Virus record (IMG/VR): IMGVR_UViG_3300029922_000018
Direction: 5' to 3' (one strand)
DNA: 64,000 bases
DNA from: an uncultured virus (IMG/VR IMGVR_UViG_3300029922_000018)
Lineage: Duplodnaviria > Heunggongvirae > Uroviricota > Caudoviricetes
Both the position numbers and the translations under genes were made by a program. A model generated the notes under the pieces. That model was given only the letters and a program-made list of their open reading frames with translations. It was not told the DNA's origin and did not search any database. Numbering within the stretch: the stretch's first letter is position 1; each line of letters begins with the position of its first letter. Positions 58,955 through 64,000 of the stretch are shown here, piece by piece.

Positions 58955-60397
58955 TCAAGTCTTTGAAGCTAAATGCGCCTTAATTAAATCTAAATATTCC
59001 TCTTTAGTAGTATTGGGATTTTCAAGTTGTTGGTCTTTAACCAAATCCAATAGTTCTTTGAATAAAGGGCCTTGCTTCAATCCCAAATCCATTAAATCTT
59101 TCCCCGTCACTGGCAACTTAGCATTTTTTGCTGGAATGGTATTTTTTAACTTTTCTATACGAGAACGTATATTAGGTATTTGGTTTGGCATGGTATGACT
59201 TCCCTCGTGCGAAGCATTGTCAGCCTCCATGACATCAAGCATAGTTTCTAAATGGTCTCCTAAATCAACTGAAAATTTTCTAAGTGTTTTGTCCGTGGCG
59301 ACCTCACCATCATCACCCGCTCGTTTCAATCTCATATGATTAGCAATCCCGACAACTACTGCATCAATAATATCAGTTGGGTATTTTAATCGGGTTAATA
59401 TATCTTTCGCCATTTCACTTCCAACTTTCTCATGTGCGTAAAAATGAACTTCCCCATCGATGACAGTTTTTGTCTTCGTTTTTCCGATATCATGTAGGAG
59501 CGAAGTCAGCCTATTTAATAATTCTGGCTTTGTTTTTTTCATTACCTCAATAGAATGCATCCATACATCAGATTTATGATATTTATTTTGCCCTAGTTTA
59601 TATGCCGCTTTAAATTCTGGTATTATATAATCCAATAGTCCCACTATCTTTAATAATTTTAATGCCTTTTCTGGTCGAGTAGTAACCAACATTTTATTTA
59701 ATTCCGATTGAATTCGTTCTGCCGATATATTTTTTAGTTCCCCCGCATTTCTTTTTAATGATTTTATTATGTATAGCGGAATTTCATGTCCATATTTTGC
59801 ATAAAATCTTACAATTCTCAGTTGTCTAAGCGGGTCATCTTTGAAAGTTTTATCGGGGTCTATTGGAGTTCTTATTATTCCATTTTTTAAATCGTCCATT
59901 CCCTTCCCCGTCAAATCTAATATTTCTCCGGTAGATATATTTTTATATAATGAATTGTAGGTTATGTCTCTTCTCTCCGCATCTCCTTTTAATGTAGTCG
60001 ATTGAACTTCTGGATGTCTAGACCCAACCGTGTATTTTTCAGACCGAGGCATAACCGCCTCAATCTCAAATCCGTTTAAATTTATTCCATTATGCGTTAT
60101 TCCATTTAAATTAAATTTACTAGTTCCAAATTTTTCAAATGTAACTGGGTTTGAATGTTCTTTATAATTTCCGATTTTTTTCGTAATCCAATTGGAAAAT
60201 AATATTCCTCCATTTTCTTTATCGATAACTATATCCAAGTCCTTGGCATCCCGGCCTGAAATTTGGTCTCTGACGTATCCTCCACAAGCATAAACGAGTC
60301 CATCCCACTCAGTTCCTTTTATAATTTGCTTTATAAAATCTTCGGCGGTTTCTTCTAATTTCCCTTCCAAAAGGATTGATTTCAAACTTATTCTCAT
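58955..60397 (-). CDS. cca: CCA-adding tRNA nucleotidyltransferase with HD domain
   Basis: GGYVRD..DLD, DAERRDITYN, DDPLRQLRIVRF, ISAERI, LLHDIGK. Confidence 0.92.
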   Translation of the reverse strand: MRISLKSILLEGKLEETAEDFIKQIIKGTEWDGLVYACGGYVRDQISGRDAKDLDIVIDKENGGILFSNWITKKIGNYKEHSNPVTFEKFGTSKFNLNGITHNGINLNGFEIEAVMPRSEKYTVGSRHPEVQSTTLKGDAERRDITYNSLYKNISTGEILDLTGKGMDDLKNGIIRTPIDPDKTFKDDPLRQLRIVRFYAKYGHEIPLYIIKSLKRNAGELKNISAERIQSELNKMLVTTRPEKALKLLKIVGLLDYIIPEFKAAYKLGQNKYHKSDVWMHSIEVMKKTKPELLNRLTSLLHDIGKTKTKTVIDGEVHFYAHEKVGSEMAKDILTRLKYPTDIIDAVVVGIANHMRLKRAGDDGEVATDKTLRKFSVDLGDHLETMLDVMEADNASHEGSHTMPNQIPNIRSRIEKLKNTIPAKNAKLPVTGKDLMDLGLKQGPLFKELLDLVKDQQLENPNTTKEEYLDLIKAHLASKT

Positions 60398-60410
60398 ATT
60401 CTTATAAATA

Positions 60411-60960
60411 TTAAGATTTGGAGGATAAATAAGATTTTATTATATCTAAATATTGTTCTTTACTTGTATTTTGATTTTCAAGTTTTATGTTTACAATCAT
60501 ATTTAATATATAAATACAATCAATAGATGATAAATTATATGGGATATCTGATATTGTGAGTGGAAATGTTACTTTACCGCCTCGCCCAATGTTAAACCTG
60601 CGGTCATTATCAATATATACTCCGGCTTCTTTCAATACTCTTTGTATAGGATAGGAAGATAATTTATAAATGCCAAATCCTGATAGGACTAACGCTATAG
60701 ATTCTGGAGTTATTATTTTATATAAATTACATATTACGTCAATAACCTCGCTTGATAGTTTTATTTTCATCTTTTCCGACTCCTCCGGACACTTCCTTCC
60801 TCGGTTCCACGCAGGTCTCCCTTTACTGGATGCTGAAAGATTTCGTTTGTGTTCTTCGGTAAATATACATCCCAACTTTGCTTTGCTTATTTTACGTCCC
60901 GCTAATCGAAGTATTTCTGGGTTATTTTTTATAGTAATTGTTCTAGATTTTATGACTTTA
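60411..60960 (-). pseudogene. Startless remnant: NUMOD3-like segment fused to a degenerate copy of the CCA enzyme C-terminus
   Basis: TEEHKRNLS..KGRPAWNRG; ends LENQNTSKEQYLDIIKSYLSSKS; no upstream ATG in frame. Confidence 0.55.
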
Positions 60961-61344
60961 TCATAAATTTTCTACGGTTCCGGTTAATGATATACCATTT
61001 TCGACTGGTTGCCAATTTATTATATTATTGCTATCAACGGCCTTGGCTCCCGCAGATTTGTTAATTGCTAGTGTAATATGTGGTATTTTATTGGTAGAAT
61101 GGTATCCTTCAACTTTAACGGCAAATGCCTTATCATCTTTTCCAATTGCCACCACTTTTAATGTGACTGGAGTTCCTGTATTATCTACTAATTTCCCAAA
61201 AGATATCGTCATGTGATGAGCAATTACAAACCATCCATCAGGTATTTCTGATTTATAGGTTTCCAATAATAAATTTCTAGATTTATCATCTAACAATACT
61301 GCCGAATATGTTGGCTTTTTGAGTAATTCTTTTAATTTTATCAT
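60961..61344 (-). CDS. 2H phosphoesterase (cyclic phosphodiesterase-like) with MIKLK leader
   Basis: Two HxT motifs: HHMTI and PHITLA. Confidence 0.75.
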   Translation of the reverse strand: MIKLKELLKKPTYSAVLLDDKSRNLLLETYKSEIPDGWFVIAHHMTISFGKLVDNTGTPVTLKVVAIGKDDKAFAVKVEGYHSTNKIPHITLAINKSAGAKAVDSNNIINWQPVENGISLTGTVENL

Positions 61345-61670
61345 AACGTTTCTTCAAATTTTATAACTCTCGTAGAATATATATCGCTCATAATAAAATC
61401 AATTGCATCCAACGGCAACCAAACTTTCAATACTGCAACTTTATCTTCTGGAGTATTGTGATATGTTGATGCTATTTGCTTAGAATATTCAGGTCTAAGC
61501 GAAAAATAAGTTTTAGACTTAAATCCATTTAATTTTATAGATTTTAAGTTTTTGATGGGAGTTCCGTGATATGCCAAGAGTCTATTATGTTCGACAATTC
61601 CTTTATGTCTAGAAATCCAGTCGGCTCTATATTCTTCAGCAGACTCTAATAATGTCATTAATTTAATCAT
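61341..61670 (-). CDS. ADP-ribosyltransferase-fold small protein with leader
   Basis: MIKLMTLLE; AYHGT..IKLNGF..YFS. Confidence 0.6.
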   Translation of the reverse strand: MIKLMTLLESAEEYRADWISRHKGIVEHNRLLAYHGTPIKNLKSIKLNGFKSKTYFSLRPEYSKQIASTYHNTPEDKVAVLKVWLPLDAIDFIMSDIYSTRVIKFEETL

Positions 61671-62809
61671 AACTGTTTTATATATTTTATTGGTATAGTG
61701 TGGTTTATTATCAATGTATAGGGCGACATATCCGACGGTATTTCCGCATTAAAATCAATTTCTAAAGTCGACCCAATATATTCATGTATTAAATACTCCG
61801 AAACCTCTGGTTCATATTCGGCGTTTAATTCCGGTATATTATTTTCCAGTTTAAATCTCGGCAAGTCTATCTCTAAACAAACGTCACCATAAGTTCCATC
61901 TTGATATTCTTCTACGTTTACAGTTGTAAATATTCCATATGCGCCTCGGTTATTAATTCCAGTTCCATAACTACCAACCATTTTGCCAGAGGTCTTAATC
62001 AATTCTAATTTTTCAGGTGTTGTATAGTGATATACCTTAATTGGGTTATTTTTAAAATCCTTTAGAGTTGACTCTAAAACCCTACTGTAAATAATGTCGA
62101 CATCAACTTCCAATTCCTGCTCGGCTCTGTCATATATCCACTGATGTATATCTTTTATAACATCGAAAGTTTCATTTTCTTTATTGTGAATTAACCATAC
62201 CGTATTTTTATCATCCGTTAACTTTACAATTTTTTCCTCGAAATACGTATCATATTGTAAATCAAATCTCTTAATCAATTTTGAAAGTTCTAACTTTAAA
62301 CATTCATAATCGAAATGGTCTATATATTCTTGCCAATCATCCCATTTATCAGAGTCTTCCGGATACATTTCTTCACGTTCTTGGTCAGTTATTTCGGATA
62401 TTTTCTTAGGTAATACCAACTTATTTTTAACAACATCACCCGGAGCATTTTCAATTTTTTCCGCTTTTAACATCTTTATTTGTTTTGGAGACATCACGAA
62501 ACAATCAAATCCTCTATCATTGGGTAATATTGCGCCATCATACCCTTCTCGCTCTAATTCCCAAAGTCCAAGAGAAGAATACTCTCTCCAACCGGCCGGT
62601 TTATTAAATGTTATTTCAGCCGTAATTATAATTCCCTTTCCAGCAGCACCAACGTCTCCATTTACAATATTTTCTTTTTTTGAAGTAAACCAAATAAGTC
62701 CCTGAACAGATTTTTTTAAACTAAACTTCCTAAACTTTATATTAGTTCCATGATACACCACAAGTTTAGTAGGAGTAACATTTTCCAATAATGACTTTAA
62801 TTTAATCAT
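61667..62809 (-). CDS. Double ADP-ribosyltransferase-fold protein with leader
   Basis: MIKLKSLLE; VYHGT..IWFTS..GYDG; second VYHYT..GIFTT..YG. Confidence 0.65.
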   Translation of the reverse strand: MIKLKSLLENVTPTKLVVYHGTNIKFRKFSLKKSVQGLIWFTSKKENIVNGDVGAAGKGIIITAEITFNKPAGWREYSSLGLWELEREGYDGAILPNDRGFDCFVMSPKQIKMLKAEKIENAPGDVVKNKLVLPKKISEITDQEREEMYPEDSDKWDDWQEYIDHFDYECLKLELSKLIKRFDLQYDTYFEEKIVKLTDDKNTVWLIHNKENETFDVIKDIHQWIYDRAEQELEVDVDIIYSRVLESTLKDFKNNPIKVYHYTTPEKLELIKTSGKMVGSYGTGINNRGAYGIFTTVNVEEYQDGTYGDVCLEIDLPRFKLENNIPELNAEYEPEVSEYLIHEYIGSTLEIDFNAEIPSDMSPYTLIINHTIPIKYIKQL

Positions 62810-63176
62810 ATATAGATACGTCTTCTATGTTGATGTCGTATAAATTATTAAATTTAATATAATGTTTCAATGTTCCTTTTGAAAATTCATAAGGAATTCC
62901 ATTCAAACTTACCCAATGATGAGTCATCACATCAATTACTTCTTCATCTTCACTGCTATAAAATGGTTCATCTGTTTTAATATGTCCGAAATGTTTTTTA
63001 AATTGTGGAAATTCCGATATTATTGATGAGACTATACCCTGACAATCACCCAACCTCTGATGGTCTATAAACTCATTCCACGACGAATATCCCTCATATT
63101 CATATAATGAGTATTTCACTCTTTCCAACAAATCCGGAATAGGCTGCTCCGTTAATAATGATTTTAATTTAATCAT
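62802..63176 (-). CDS. Hypothetical protein with leader (possible Cys-His catalytic pair)
   Basis: MIKLKSLLTE; GDCQ..THHWV. Confidence 0.55.
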   Translation of the reverse strand: MIKLKSLLTEQPIPDLLERVKYSLYEYEGYSSWNEFIDHQRLGDCQGIVSSIISEFPQFKKHFGHIKTDEPFYSSEDEEVIDVMTHHWVSLNGIPYEFSKGTLKHYIKFNNLYDINIEDVSIYD

Positions 63177-63745
63177 TTTAAATGTGGCTGAATAAAGGTT
63201 TTAAAGAATATTTTATTTCTTCCCAAATCAATTTTATGTCCGGCCCCAGTTGTAACTGTTCTTTTATATTCTTTAGACACGGTTTTCCAGTCATTTGTTA
63301 ATACGGCTCTGACAAAATGTGGAAATTTATGTAAAGATCCAAGATTAAACGCAAAATCAATCAACATCTCCTCCTTGTCCTGTTCTAACTGTGGAATCTG
63401 AACTTTAAACATACTCTTAATATCATGATAGACAATCTGTTTAGCAATTCCCAAATCATTAATTAACAACTGTTCAGCTTCCTTGTCGGTTAATCCATTA
63501 CTATAATTACCACCCCGTCCCCCAATTTTATGTCCATATCCTACAGTTGGAGACCCACCTTCTACTGATGGATATGGATAAAATTTTCCATTTTTATATC
63601 CGGTATGATTGTTATTTTCAACTTGCTTCATATAATTAATGAGGGTTGACGAAAAATGTCCTCTAGATTGATGTTGAATATGTGCCGGTGGAACGTCTAA
63701 TGCCTCAAGCATAATGATTTTATAAGTTAATTTATCAATTTCCAT
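63173..63745 (-). CDS. Phage lysozyme (GH24-like)
   Basis: VE...PTVGYGHK, LIDFAFNLG; TATTTATA 9 nt upstream of ATG 63745. Confidence 0.8.
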   Translation of the reverse strand: MEIDKLTYKIIMLEALDVPPAHIQHQSRGHFSSTLINYMKQVENNNHTGYKNGKFYPYPSVEGGSPTVGYGHKIGGRGGNYSNGLTDKEAEQLLINDLGIAKQIVYHDIKSMFKVQIPQLEQDKEEMLIDFAFNLGSLHKFPHFVRAVLTNDWKTVSKEYKRTVTTGAGHKIDLGRNKIFFKTFIQPHLK

Positions 63746-63851
63746 AGTATAAGGTATAAATATATTGATGTCAACCAATTATTTAAATTAAAATAAGTTG
63801 ATGTTTTGTTGTTTCTTGATATATTTATATATGATAACCATATAACAAATT

Positions 63852-64000
63852 ATGAATGATACATTAAAAAAAGCCCAAAAAAAATATATGAATAAAAAAA
63901 TGATGGAGGGCTGGCGGCATGTTCGGGTATTTATTCCAGTCGAATTAAAATTTAAATTATTGAAGTTCAAAAATGATATGATGAAAGAATATTATGAGAA
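63852..64000 (+). CDS. Small basic protein, runs off the window
   Basis: MNDTLKKAQKKYMNKK..VRVFIPVEL..EYYE; TATTTATA upstream. Confidence 0.5.
   Translation, partial: MNDTLKKAQKKYMNKKMMEGWRHVRVFIPVELKFKLLKFKNDMMKEYYE

Noticed and set aside
5345..62705. Numerous antisense or nested ORFs in the track (e.g. 5345..5983, 18332..18775, 34082..34570)
   Set aside because: Shadows of well-supported opposite-strand genes, with no motifs.
1..64000. tRNA or rRNA genes despite the CCA enzyme
   Set aside because: Intergenic gaps are short and AT-rich; no cloverleaf or T-loop pattern recognised by eye. tRNAscan would be definitive.
1..64000. Stop-codon reassignment
   Set aside because: Core genes are full length under the standard code, and TAA, TAG and TGA all terminate genes.
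1..64000. Eukaryotic giant virus origin (suggested by DUF723-type nucleases)
   Set aside because: Tail sheath, tube, baseplate, sigma70 promoters and lysozyme indicate a tailed bacteriophage.

Overview
Strongly AT-rich segment of a large T4-like (contractile-tailed) bacteriophage genome, standard genetic code, mostly minus-strand genes. Left part (~1-19 kb) is replication and nucleotide metabolism: class II RNR, DnaB/gp41 helicase, 5'-3' exonuclease, RecA/UvsX, gp32-like SSB, a short family A polymerase, a gp62-like clamp-loader subunit and a dATP/dGTP diphosphohydrolase. The middle (~19-54 kb) is the tail/baseplate module (hub, LysM wedge, tape measure, chaperone, tube, sheath), heavily invaded by free-standing endonucleases. 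The right end (~54.5-63.8 kb) is a tandem array of unrelated enzymes (GNATs, ADP-ribosyltransferase-like proteins, CCA-adding enzyme, 2H phosphoesterase, lysozyme). Three observations stand out. (1) A transposase-less TnpB cassette has split a phage gene after codon 12: the original 5' end sits right behind the tnpB stop, where a guide would be, and a synonymously recoded 5' end with a new promoter sits on the other side, consistent with an RNA-guided homing element that repairs and immunises its target. (2) Ten clustered genes share an N-terminal MIKLKxLLxE leader, suggesting capsid-packaged, protease-matured effectors. (3) Five endonuclease genes each overlap a missed ~45-50 aa 'MGRKK' micro-ORF, always in the +1 frame. 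All assignments come from motif reading only; no searches were run.
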